In this document: positions 26,614 through 38,895 of the stretch, piece after piece | Position numbering within the stretch: the stretch's first letter is position 1 | Layout of the letters: every line of letters begins with the position of its first letter | Assembly: GCA_047495785.1 (NCBI GenBank) | Contig: JBLDXI010000040.1 | Span: 322,184 to 386,183 of the forward strand | From: Lepidodermella squamata | Taxonomy: Eukaryota > Animalia > Gastrotricha | Direction: 5' to 3' | DNA: 64,000 nucleotides | Notes under the pieces: model-generated | What the model saw: the letters and a program-made list of their open reading frames with translations, nothing else | What the model was told of the DNA's origin: nothing | The model's database searches: none | Position numbers and translations under genes: made by a program

Positions 26614-28572
26614 ATGTTTTATGATTATATCCAACTGGCGAGCAATTTATTGTTAACTTATGGATGTATAATTTCAGCAATTGAAATACCCCTTGAAGCC
26701 CCTCCAGCGATTCCCAGTGAATGCCTGGGAGCGAACGCGACAGGTAAAGCTTCCGAGCAAGAAGTGGCCGATATTTTCTTCAAACCTTACGGAAAATGGA
26801 CGCGGCCAAGACTGAACTCAAGCGATACGGTGCTAGTCGACATAAGCTTTGTGCTCTCTTCTATAACTGAAGTGGTGGGCATATGCTTTAAAGTACCCGA
26901 ATTCTTTCAAAATGACAATTTTCCTAATTTTTTAGTCGGAGCGCGAAAATATAATGAAGATCTCCGGATATCTTAGTGTGGTAATGTATCGAAATTGTGA
27001 ATATTAAGGATAAAATCTGAATTTTAGAAGTGGATGGATGGATTTCGTGTCTGGAGGCACAAGTTTCCATATAGCTGTGTTAATTACGTTGGTAAGTTCT
27101 CTTCAGTTGAAGGCATTTTCTTTTGAAGCAAATTGGCTCAATTTCAGTATTACCTGCCAGGAAAATTTGGCTTCCAGACATAGCTCAGGTAATCCACCTT
27201 AACAATTTCGAATAGCTTGATAGATAAGTTTGCAGATGAACTCGGATGGGCGGTACACGTTGATGGGCAAGCAAGATGAGAAAGTTAGGATACACTCAAA
27301 CGGCTATACGATCTACAGTCCTGGTGGAACCTTTGCAGTGTATTGCCACTACGACATGACTCTGTTCCCTCTCGATACACAAACTTGCGCTCTCGAATTA
27401 GAAAGGTGACCTAATTATTTCTACAGAAAGTACTGTAACATTCGATTTTCTAGCTGGCGTTATACGAGGGCTTACATGAAATTCGAAGCCTCGAACAATA
27501 TAACTTTGAGATACTACAAAACAAATGAGCAATGGGATTTGATTGGGACATCAATGGCTATGATGAACTTCTCCTATTTGGACCCTTCAACATCCTTTGA
27601 ACACATTGAATTCTACTTCACTATTCGAAGAAAAGTTGGATATTACATGTAAATCTGTTCTTAACTAGCCAGATGCCTTCATTTCAATGTTCATTTAGGG
27701 TTAACGTCATAATTCCAAGCCTTCTGATCTCTTTGGCACATTTAGCGGCTTTTGCTGTTCCGAGCCATGAATCAGAGAAAATCTGCATCTCTTTCACTTG
27801 TTTACTTGCCTACTTGGTTTTTCAAACTATGGTCGTCGAAGATTTGCCAAGGTATGATGCTTTTAACCCTAAGATTTCCAATCAAACACGATTTTGGATC
27901 AAGATCAAGTGACAACATTCCTCTCCTCACGATCTATATCGCCCTGCAAATGGCTTACATTGCAATTTCAATTGTAAGATGACATTGAGCTGTGACCCTC
28001 CTTAATTCTTTCCATCTCAGCTCGGCGAAGGCTTGGGAATGTATGCGGTGAATCATATATACTCCCACGGGGCATTTGCCCCAGCGCATGTTCCTGCCTG
28101 GCTGCTTTGCTTTTTCAAATGCGTTGGAATGTTGGTCTGCATGCCTTATCAACCGCAATCAGTTCATCGAATCGACGAGATAGCTAACGCGGATCTTGAC
28201 GATAGCTTCGAACTCTCGACAACGAATGGCGGGTCGTTCAGTGAAAGTGAAGTCCCGAATGGCCAACCCTCATCTGATTCGAACGGCGCCCCGCCACCCG
28301 GTGGTTACATCAAATCGAACGGAACTTCCCGCGCCAACAAATCCCGGTCCCAGCAGAAATCGACTACAGCTGAGATAAAGCGGAAAGAGAGCATGCACGT
28401 AGCTGAGAACTGGCATGTTGAATTTGATATGAGGCAAATGCAGTGGTATTACGTATCGCACGTTGTTGACCGCTTTTTCGCCGTTTTTTACATTCTATGC
28501 ATTATCGTTACGCCTATTGCGCTTTTCGCAATTTACGCGGAGATTCACCAACGCGAACACGGCCATCACTAA
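26614..28572 (+). CDS. Cys-loop ligand-gated ion channel subunit 1 (nAChR/5-HT3-like, non-alpha)
   Basis: RP..N; W.D; IWLPDI; Cys-loop CHYDMTLFPLDTQTC; ESWRY; IRRK; M1 NVIIPSLL; M2 EKICISFTCLLAYLVFQ; M4 W..VSHVVDRFF. No vicinal Cys in loop C. The start codon is uncertain. Confidence 0.9.
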
Positions 28573-28613
28573 ATAAATTCTTGACGTAATTTATCTTAGA
28601 AATTTGCGATTTA

Positions 28614-30550
28614 ATGAAAGCAATAGCTGGCCTTCTTATCCTTCTGCGGAGCTTTTCATCTTTATTGGCTCAGCCTACTATACCAAGGCCGGCAGATTGT
28701 GCTTACTCCACCAAGGCGGTGTCAGATCAGGACGTTGAAGACAACATTTTCAAGAAATTCGATGCATGGCAACGACCAGTGTTGAATGCTACGCAACCGA
28801 TAGTCGTCAATCTGACTTTTGTCCTGTCTTCTATTGCTGATGTGGTAACTTGGCTTAATAATGAGAATAACTTGAAATTTATATATTCCACCTAGCGCGA
28901 GAGGGAGCGAATCATGAAAATCTCTGGCTACCTCAGCGTGGTAAGATCATATTCAGCGAAATTTGTCTAAATTCGCGAAAAATTCTCAGAGATGGATGGA
29001 TGAGTTCAGAGTTTGGGCAAATACCTCCTATAAATGTGTCGATTACGTCGGTGAGTTAATGATGAGAATCCCAGATTTTCATACCTCAACTCTATTTTCT
29101 AGTTCTACCTGCTAGGAAGATATGGATCCCCGATATAGCTCAAATGAATTCGGATGGCCGTTACATTCTGATGGGGAAAGAAAAGGAGAAAGTCAGAATC
29201 TACGCAAATGGCTATGCGATTTACAGCCCGGGAGGGACATTCGAGATTTACTGTGAATACGATTTGAGACTGTGAGTTCGATTGAGTATCAAGTTGAAAT
29301 TCTAAATCAACTTCTCATAGATTTCCCTTCGACACTCAGGTAAGAATTTGCCAGATTCTTGCTAAATAGAGCTAACCCTACCTCGTCATTAAGGCATGTA
29401 CTATTGAGCTAGAAAGGTGAGTTACAACTGAGAAGCTTTGAAGGGTTAAAGTAATTCCGTGCAGTTGGAGATATTCCAACTCTGAAATGAGATTTTACCT
29501 GTTTACCAACGTCACGATGAAATACTTCAAGCCTAATGAACAATGGGACGTAGCAGGCCTATCGATGAAGCTGTCCAACGACTCGGTCCGCATGACAAAT
29601 TCATTCGACCATGTCGATTTCATCATCAAAATCAAACGAAAATCTATGCATTACATGTGAGTACTGCATATGGGTTCTCGCAGCATTCAGCTTTCATTTT
29701 TTAACCTTCGCATAGGCTTAACGTCATAGTGCCCAGCATTCTGATATCGATTGCCCACATTGCCGCGTTTTCAGTGCCTATTCGTGATGATAAAAGGATT
29801 ACGATCACTTTCACCTGCCTCCTGTCGTATTCGGTTTTTCAGACCATGGTTTTAACCGATATCCCAAGGTAGGATTATTTTACCGTTTTCCAAATCCAGT
29901 GAAGTTTTTCTCAGGTCTAGTGACAAAATTCCTTTGTTGACTACTTACATCGACCTACAACAAGGTTTTATCGCCCTATCAATGGTAAGTCTTGAATCCT
30001 TACCGTGAATTATTAATTATTTGAAGCTGTTTATCAGCTCGGTGAAGGTCTCGCCCTTTGGCTGTTGAGTAACGTCTATATCTACGGAGATTCTAAACCG
30101 AAAAACGTCCCCAATTGGATGTTTTGCGTCGCTCAAGGCATTGGATGTTGCCTCAATATGTTCTATCACCCTCCAACTGCACCACCACCCCCACCTCAAG
30201 CAGCTTCAGTAGCCGAGCGGCGCCGAAGTCAGCATTACTCTGTGGATAAGAAAAGCGGCAATCATTACAAGAAGCAAAGTGTCCAAGCCGACCGAAGGGG
30301 TAGCGTCTATCACGTCAACGGCGATTTCAGACGGCAGAGCATGATCCCACCCGGTGGACTGGTAGTAGATCTCAACAGCTCATCATATTTCGATGGCGAT
30401 CGTGACTTGGATGGCGATGAGAGCAAACAAGAGTTGGACACGCGCCAAATGAAATGGCACTTTGTCGCCCATGTTGCCGGGCGGCTTTTCGCCTTCATCT
30501 ATATTCTCAGCATTTTCATAACTCCAATCGCCATGTTTGCAATGTACTAA
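28614..30550 (+). CDS. Cys-loop ligand-gated ion channel subunit 2 (tandem paralogue)
   Basis: Signal peptide MKAIAGLLILLRSFSSLLA; IWIPDI; Cys-loop CEYDLRLFPFDTQAC; ESWRY; M2 KRITITFTCLLSYSVFQ; M4 WHFVAHVAGRLF; stop TAA ending at 30550. Confidence 0.92.
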
Positions 30551-31310
30551 GAGGGACAGTGATTTCTCATTCAGAAAAAAATAAAATTCGTATGTATCAG
30601 CTTATGGCTATTGCCCGTTGGGAGTCGCAGCGGTATGTCTAGCCTCCGCAAAGTGGTCCAATTTAGCGGCTTTTACTGCGTAGCGATTCAGTCAAAATCA
30701 GCTTTTACAATTGTGTCCTAATTGGGAAGGGCTATTGTCTGCTTTCGTCATTACAGCAAGTGGGCAGGACCAAAAATGACCGCGCCATGACGGAATTCTT
30801 TAGCCACTTCACTTCACTTCCTCTCTCAATGCTACATCCAAATTTGACCTTCCAAAAATAGATTATCGGTTGATTTAGAGTAATGCAGTTGCAGGATAGT
30901 ATGAATCTTGAAAATGCTATGAATTTATTAAAATGATGCTTGATTCCGATCAGCAGTGCGAAAATTCCACCCATGTGTGCGGGCAGGAATACAGGAAATG
31001 ACGATATGATTCACGCGTTATTTGTAGGAATGTTATTGCTTCCCTAAAGCAAATATCGGAAAAAAGCGATTGCGTGGCTTTTCAGCGCTAAATAATTCTG
31101 CGACCAACTGCACCAGAAATTTTAATTTTCAACACGTCAGAAAAAACCTACGCATCCGAAATTAAAAACACCGCTTTTGTATTATTTCATCTACGCGACC
31201 TACGCGTGTTTTTCTGGCAAGCCATAATGTAATAAACATTTTTGATTACTATCGGATTTTTGTCGCGCTAGAATCAGATTAATTTTCAATTTATCATATA
31301 GTTTCTACCA

Positions 31311-31954
31311 ATGGCAAGGCTTGCAGTGATAACATCGCTACTTATCTCATGTTTAGCTGTGGCGACTTTAGCAGCTCCGGCTAAGGTCGCGAGGCAGAAG
31401 AACCGGTCGTTTAAGAACTCGGAATCCCAAAACAAAGTAGTTGTAGCAGACCCAGAGGCTGGGGAGGCTGCTGGAGAGGCTAATCAAGGCCAACTGGTCG
31501 AAGCAGTTCGTGATTTGGTGTTGGGCAAACTCGAGGAGACTGAACTGGAAGAAATTCGTAATCTGCTGAAAAGTGAGTCCGAAATTATAGTGGACAATTT
31601 TCTTAATGAATCACTTTTATTTCTTAAAGGCTCAACGGACTCAGACCGACGTCAACAAATGATTAGGCGTATTGCTGACTCAATCCGGGGCCTCACTAGT
31701 AAATGCCCACCTACTCTCCCTGCTGCCTTCTGCAAGCAACCGTAAGTAAAATGCTATTAGATATTGGAATGTGGGTGGATTTTTATTGCAAATTTGCATG
31801 ATTGAATTCATCACGGACGTTGTTTTTATCCAGGTTGACATTCTTTCTATGGATGAAGGAGGTGCGCAATCAAGAGAAGGAGAGGCAAAACTACGAATAC
31901 GTTAAGAAGTTCATCAATGATCTTTACATCAACAGCAACAAAGAATCGAATTAA
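31311..31954 (+). CDS. Secreted protein, unknown family, copy A
   Basis: Signal peptide MARLAVITSLLISCLAVATLA; introns 31573-31629 and 31742-31833; motif RRQQMIRRIADSIRGLTSKCPPTLPAAFCKQPLTFFLWMKEVRNQEKERQNY. Confidence 0.85.
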
Positions 31955-33351
31955 CATTTTATAGAATTCTAGTTATTTCTGCCTAATGTATATGAAATTG
32001 TTCTCGACTCTCCTTTTGTCTGTGATCTGTGATCATCATCTCAACTCGCGTGGCTATTTTTAGTCCTGAATCAATTTCCGCTTTTCTCTATTTCTGAATT
32101 TACTCTCTCGCTAGGTCGATGCCTGGAGAAAAGTCGTTTATTTGAACATAGAAATTCTAGCTTAATTATGAAAATTATAGTACTGCTTCACATTTTTCTT
32201 GTATTTTCTATTTGCGTGAAATGAAATTTTTCCACAAATCAGTCTTTTTCGGTGTATAGCTATATCATTTTCTTATGGCCTTTCCCGAGAAGTGGTGCAT
32301 TCCCAGTTGGGCATCGGTCACTAATAACGCATAATTTTGAGTCCTAATAGCTTACGTCCAGGTCACGGAAATGCTATCAAACCATACTTATACGCAGGTA
32401 GAATCTAATTAGGATGGTGTTGGCATTCGTAAATTTGAAAATGTGGTTACTAAGGCTATAATGACGAGGTCTGCCGTATTTGGACGATTGACGGCTTCAT
32501 CTGATGAATCGGCCTGATGAGAAATTTAATCATCAGCACGCATTTCAGCAAGGCGCCGCTCGCCATGCTGCGCTGTCTCTTAACCGGATGAGACTGTGGA
32601 ATGTGATACCTTGGCGATTTTCCATACGATAAGCCTAATTAAAGTAGCATTTTCACAGTTCGCCTTCAGCCCCCATTTAGTTCAAAGTCAAAAAGGTCTA
32701 GATCATCCATCATGTCGCAGAAATTCTCTGTGAAATGGGATACTCATGAAAACAACAGAATGAGAGTTCGTCGCCTCTCCAAAACGTGATATCCGTAAGC
32801 GGCAAGCCGGAACCGTGTGTTTGCCAGTAATAGTCACGGCACTGCCTAATCCTACGCAGCTGAAAGATGATTTCAGCATTTTTCTATCCTTCAAATTCTA
32901 GGCCGTCCCAAACCAAATTTTTTCGTCCTGAAAACCCAAGATTTAATTACGAGTCTGAGAATTTATTTCAAATGATTCGGAACTAAGCGACCATCAATAA
33001 TATTATTGTTTTTTTCTATCACTGGACGTATATCAGACAAGTGGGCGCTGGGAACCTGTTATCATCAAATTATTCAGTAATTCACAGCGTAAAACTGCAA
33101 CGACGCCGTGATTTGTCGATACAAAGTCAATTACAGCCGAGAAAAAATGCAATCGCCGCTTGAACGCATGAACGACTTCCATTAAGCGAGATTTGTTCAG
33201 CGACTGACCAACTTTTTTCACTGACAGGAAAAGCACTCAGAGCGTGTTGTCTCTGCGTTTTTTTCTGATAATTTAACTCATTTTCTCATTCTTTCGAAAA
33301 AATCTCCTGCATATATTTTAGAATTTAAACTTCAGTTAGCAATCCGCAGAT

Positions 33352-34079
33352 ATGGAATTGTCGGTTTTAGCAATTTTACTGTTGACCGTGGCTGTTTTCT
33401 GCGAAGAGATTCCCCAGGACTTGGCTGAGATTTTCGAACAGAGCGAGGATAAATCAAAATTTATCGACGAATTGCTCGAAGCTGGTGACTACTTAACGAA
33501 CCAAAACGCTGCAATGTCATCGATAGGCCTTCGAACGGGTAATTCCCAGCTGAGTAAGATGAAGGCTCTTCAAAACATGGTATCGGCAAAGGCAGCGAAG
33601 GACCCTCGTAAGGCGGCGGATCAAGCTACGAAGCAAAAGGAGCCCTCGAACATCGAAGGCAGCCGGCGTCAACTCGACGAAATGCGAACACTACTAACGA
33701 GCTCTGACAACTCGCCGCGGAGGCAGATGCTTCTCAGGATGATTGCTGACGCTGTGAAAGCCCGTTCTGGCAACTGCCCATCCACGCTACCACCAGGTTT
33801 CTGCAGGCAACCTTTGGTTAGTTATTAGCATAGGTCTTCTTATCGTTTTAAATTTCGATTTTATTTCCATTTTAGACATTCTTCCTTTGGTTGAAGGAAG
33901 TACGTGAGCAGGAAAAGGAACGTGAAATGTACGATGCTGTGAAGGGCATGCTGACGGCGATGTTCTCTAGTCCGGCTGATGCGAAAGCGCTTGAAAACAA
34001 CAAGCCAGCCCACGCTGCTGGATCGCTGCTCCCCGCCGCCGCCTCGCCGAGACTCTTGAAAGCAGCACGAGCTAACTAA
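33352..34079 (+). CDS. Secreted protein, unknown family, copy B
   Basis: Signal peptide MELSVLAILLLTVAVFC; intron 33817-33875; motif RRQMLLRMIADAVKARSGNCPSTLPPGFCRQPLTFFLWLKEVREQEKEREMY. Confidence 0.87.
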
Positions 34080-34715
34080 CACGCCTCCGCGGCAATCTTC
34101 ATCGTCGTACTAGTCTCTATCGCCCTCAACTCGTCCTTTAAAATTGCTGAACGATCAAAGCATTGCATCCGCAACCGGTCTCATGGATGATTAGTGCACA
34201 ATGATTTAGCTTAGGTTCAATATTTTAGTTAAGTTTCAGTTTATCAAACTTTAAGTTGAAAATTTCACTTAAACAATTATCATTTCTGTAGCACCAATTT
34301 GAATATTTTCGATTTTTTGTGTGAAGAAACGCGAATAAACATCAGAGAGTTGATTGAGAGTCTTATAAGCGGGGGTGGAGGGATTCAATTTTTTGAGAGT
34401 TACCGGACATTGGAAAAACCAGTCTAATAACTTTTGTCATCACATGTGTGCGTTAATGCAAGTTTTATTAAATTAAAAAATTCCTATCATTTACGAACAC
34501 AGACGTCATGTTTCGGGTCGTGATCTGGGGGAGATATGGCAAATTAGGCCTCAGTACTCAGATCGCCAGGCTTATTTAGAGGGCGCAGGTTCATCGATGC
34601 GAGATAATGGCAACATACATGATATAAATCAACCATCCACGTAAAAGCAACGTAAAACGTAGAGACGATCTGAATTTTTGCCACTATTCTAGCTTATTTC
34701 TGCTTATTAGAAAAC

Positions 34716-35338
34716 ATGTTTATTCGAATTTTAACACCGAGCCTTTTGATTGGGGTATTTTTATCCACCTTTGTAGCATCAGACCCGGCTTTTGTGACTC
34801 ACCTGCGCCGTGACAAACAGCCTCGAGCAGCCATCGCTACGAATAAACTGCGTGTTAGGGTTGGCGATCAAATCCCGATAACTCAGGGCGCGAATGCTGC
34901 TTCGAAAGACGAAGGCTGGCTAAGCGCAGAAGCTGCAACTCCAGCGACGGATGCGAGTGCGAAAAATCAAAGCCGAGGCAATGCAACGGAGAGTATGAAG
35001 TCCCTAACATTTATTAGGAGTGTCCTTTTGAGTAAGGCCAGCAACCCCCAGCGGCACAACGTCTTGCGAGCTATTGCTAACCTAGTCAAAACGAACTCGA
35101 AGCAATGCCCTCCTTCGATGCCTGCTGAATTTTGTCACCAACCATTGGTAAACTTATTGCATAGCTCGCTGTTTCAGATTTTAACCTAGTTTTTCCTCTA
35201 TAGACATTTTTCCTCTGGTTGAAGGAGTATCGAAATCAAGAAAAGGAACGAGAGATGTATGAAAACGTTCGCCGTCTTCTTGTGCAACTACTCGCAAATC
35301 CGCAGCTGAACGCAGGCGAGCAAATCCCAGCAAATTAG
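34716..35338 (+). CDS. Secreted protein, unknown family, copy C
   Basis: Signal peptide MFIRILTPSLLIGVFLSTFVAS; intron 35148-35202; motif QRHNVLRAIANLVKTNSKQCPPSMPAEFCHQPLTFFLWLKEYRNQEKEREMY. Confidence 0.87.
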
Positions 35339-35996
35339 CTATGAAGATCAAATCGCTATAAAACCAAATCAATAGCCAATCACAAATTTGTTTTTCCTAT
35401 TCGATAATTTGTATCACTTTGCATGATCAAGTAAAATTTGAGCATTTGTCATTTGGCTGATTGCTGACCATCAAAGTTTTAAATCTGAAAAAAATCAAGG
35501 TCAATATCTATTGTGACCGAAAAATCTCAGACGTAAACAGTGAAACGCAAGCAAAATTTTGGCACAGAATTTTCATTACAGGAAAAACAAACCGGGAGCA
35601 TATGTCGAGTGGGAAATTTTTCTAGTATATTATGCGCCTTTCTCGGCTGCGCTTTATAGCAATTTGGATTCCGGAAATTTATTTTAGTCCGCATCAAAAC
35701 CAGCACGGAAGCTTTTGCGTCAACACGTGATTTCCTGGTCCATTTAGTCGGTGCGTGTGAGATTAATATAGCAATTCCGGTATTGTTGTGGCTCTAAAGC
35801 GAGGGCGAATAAATCGCGCACCTCATTTTCACGCATGCGTGATTTTTAATATTACACGGATGTAAGAGGTGTGAAGAGAAAAATTAATAGCCTGGGAGGC
35901 AGAGGCTGTATTGCGTCTGGGCTTTTCAAAAAAGCCAATCAATTTCAGTCGGTAGAATTTCAAGCACGAAAAATCGTCTCATTATCGAGAGCATAA

Positions 35997-36548
35997 ATGG
36001 CTTCGCTTCAAAAAATTGTACTCTTAGCTATGCTGGTTGTAGCCTCCCAACAGTCGGAAAATTCGTTGAAAAATCGTTCGGCGAATAAAGTCCCTGAAAG
36101 AGCCGCCAAATTGAAATCGCTTGTCTCTGGGAAGCTTAAATTGCGAAACGGAATCGCGATTCCGACCATCCCGACCGTTCCACCAGTTACGAAGCCGAAA
36201 CCTTTAAGCAACTCGATCGAATTCGGCAATCAGGCTGGTCAGATTCGAGATATGTTGATGAGCGGCAGCGACAACCCCCGCCGGACTGAACTTCTCCGCC
36301 TCATCGCGAATGCTGTTAGATCGAAAACGAACAAATGCCCAGCTTCGTTGCCTGCTGAATTCTGCCATCAGCCACTGGTGAGTTATTGGACTGAAAGATG
36401 AAAGCTGATTTTAATCTTGAAATTTTAGACATTCTTCCTGTGGATGGACAAAGTTCGGAGTCAGGAACAGGAGAAGGAAACGTATGAAAATGTCAGACAA
36501 CTGCTCGTTCAACTCATGTCCGATCAGCCTAATTTGATCCAGCAATAA
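35997..36548 (+). CDS. Secreted protein, unknown family, copy D
   Basis: Signal peptide MASLQKIVLLAMLVVAS; intron 36379-36428; motif RRTELLRLIANAVRSKTNKCPASLPAEFCHQPLTFFLWMDKVRSQEQEKETY. Confidence 0.87.
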
Positions 36549-36938
36549 AACTTCCTTAAAATGCCCTGAAATCCCGAGTTACACATTTTTTACTTCGGTT
36601 TAGTTAAGCACGTCTTGATTTTATTTTCGATTTTTCATTTTGATTTTTGGAATAAACTTACGGCTTTTATCGCATGTTTCACAGGATACAGGATTTTGAA
36701 TGATTCATGATTCATTTCTAGTTCCTGGTTTTATTCATTTTCAGGCGACGATAAATTTCAAACATAAAATAAGCGTGATTCCCCGTATGATTGCACATTG
36801 AAATGGATGAATTTACGTATTTGTGACAAAATTAAACGTATTATAATAATATTTTCTGTTGAAAGATTGACAAATCACAACCGTTCTAATCTAAAACCAC
36901 GATTGTTCTTTACACTATGTAGCCTATAGAACTCGCGT

Positions 36939-37470
36939 CTAACGGATGGTGAGGACGAGGGCCACGATGAGACCGTACAGACCGAGTACCTCGGCGAAGA
37001 TGAGGATCAAAATCATGCCGATGAAGAGACGCGGCTGTTGCGCCGTACCACGGACACCAGCATCACCGACCACACCGACAGCGAAGCCGGCAGCAAGACC
37101 GGACAGGCCAACCGAAAGACCAGCGCCCAAGTGGGTGAAGCTCTTGCCGAGCAGGTACTTGCCTGGGGTAAGGTCGATGCCCTGGGCGATGACTACGGCG
37201 ACGACGAGACCGTAGATGGCAATGATACCCGCCATGACGACGGGGATGATGGATCGCATGATGAGCTCAGGACGCATGACGGCCATCGCGGCGATACCGG
37301 TGCCAGACTTAGCGGTACCGTAGGCAGCACCGAGGGCTGAAAAACATGGAACTGTAAAATCTTTGATGGTTCAATTTTTCGAAATCCTTACCGCTGAAAA
37401 CCATCGCGGAAGTGGCTCCCATGGCTCCGAAGAACGGAGCGTAGGGTGGGTAGTCGGCACTGTCAGACAT
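36939..37470 (-). CDS. ATP6V0C: V-type proton ATPase 16 kDa proteolipid subunit c
   Basis: Exons 37470-37392 and 37336-36939 give [98 protein letters not shown]. Confidence 0.98.
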
Positions 37471-37611
37471 TTTTTGATTTTGGCTAAAGTTAATACTACC
37501 TAAGCTGTAAAATTGAATGTTCAGAGTTCATGACAAATGGGAAAACATGTTTGACGCTGTATTCAATCCCAAACCTCCGACAAACGTCAGTCAATAACCT
37601 CGGTGTATGTA

Positions 37612-37805
37612 TAACCCTAACCCTAACCCTAAACCTAACCCTAACCTTGGCCCAGTCTTAGTTCTACCCCTAACCTTAATCCTAACCCTAATAACCCTAA
37701 CCCTAATAACCCTAACCCTAACTCTAACCCTAACCAATATCTTGCCCTCAACCATAACCCTAACGCCATAACCCTAGCCTCAAACTAAATCTTAACCCTA
37801 GCCCC
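37612..37805 (+). repeat. Degenerate (CCCTAA)n telomere-like array heading a dispersed repeat
   Basis: TAACCCTAACCCTAACCCTAAACCTAACCCTAACC, decaying rightwards. Confidence 0.85.
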
Positions 37806-38895
37806 AGTCAGTCTTCAAGCAGTAACTTTAGTCATACTACACATACCCCATCCTACTCGTAACCCTAGATTTAACTACAACTACAATTAAAAATGTACAC
37901 CCAGCGTTCATCACAACTCTAACCCTAGCCTTGGATTTAATAAGAACCCTGGCCCTGAGCACGCTCCTAGTCCTGCACTAAAACAAAACTTAAAACTGAA
38001 TCCATCCCTTGCCTATTTTCCTAAACCAAACTTCGGCCTTTAGTGCCTAACATTCAAATATAATCCCCAACGCTAGCCATAACCACTCCTACAATGGCTG
38101 ATGGTTTTTATTCAGCCCGTTGCATAATATCAGGCTCTACATTGTGAATGTTCAATATTCGCTTAGCTTAACAGCATATTCTAGGAAGTTGTATAATCTT
38201 CGGTCAAAATAAAATGTAAAACACAGCAGTACTAATGCTTCTGCTGTCATTTGACACGGGATTTGGGCGTTATCTCGTTGTTGCGAGTGGCACGGCGGTG
38301 TTTGATAACGATAAGGCTGCTTGCTTCTTCCTCGCTGTTCAATGAACCAGCTTAATAAGCCACGCTGTTCAACTCACAGCCGATATTGGCGTAGTTATCA
38401 GCTCGCCGAAAAAAATACGGGCTAATCACTGCGCTTGTGATAACCTCGACCGTGGGGCTTTGATTCACTCATTTACAGGTCATTTTTATACTGGATCATT
38501 AAAGGTCGTCAAGCCAAAAGCGATCTAATTCCCTCAAATTGTAGTATCGCTATATTTATTAGATTGCTGCAGTAGACAATTAAAGATTAAAGCATCATTG
38601 CCAATGGCTAATATGGACTCGAACAGCAGCGGCCCTATCATGATGGGCAGGCAACAAATTGTTAGTCTGAACTCTGAAAATCCTGGATAAACGCATTGAG
38701 GCTGGCCGCGAACAGGCGGAATCGGCGGTTCTACGCGAAAAACAAATAATAATAAATTGAGTTAACGAATATTGCGATTCGGCCTACCGGAGACACAGGT
38801 ATCAAGTGCAAAACCTTCATTCGGACGACTTCATCGATAAAGACAGTCGAATTGTCACGGCATTTTGATGAATATTACTGTGACCCGATTCAAAT
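37612..38895 (+). repeat. Dispersed repeat, copy 1 (copy 2 at 47515-49205)
   Basis: Collinear shared blocks such as GCAGTAACTTTAG and ACAATGGCTGATGG, plus a near-identical ~200 bp (38385-38575 vs 48865-49055). Confidence 0.85.
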
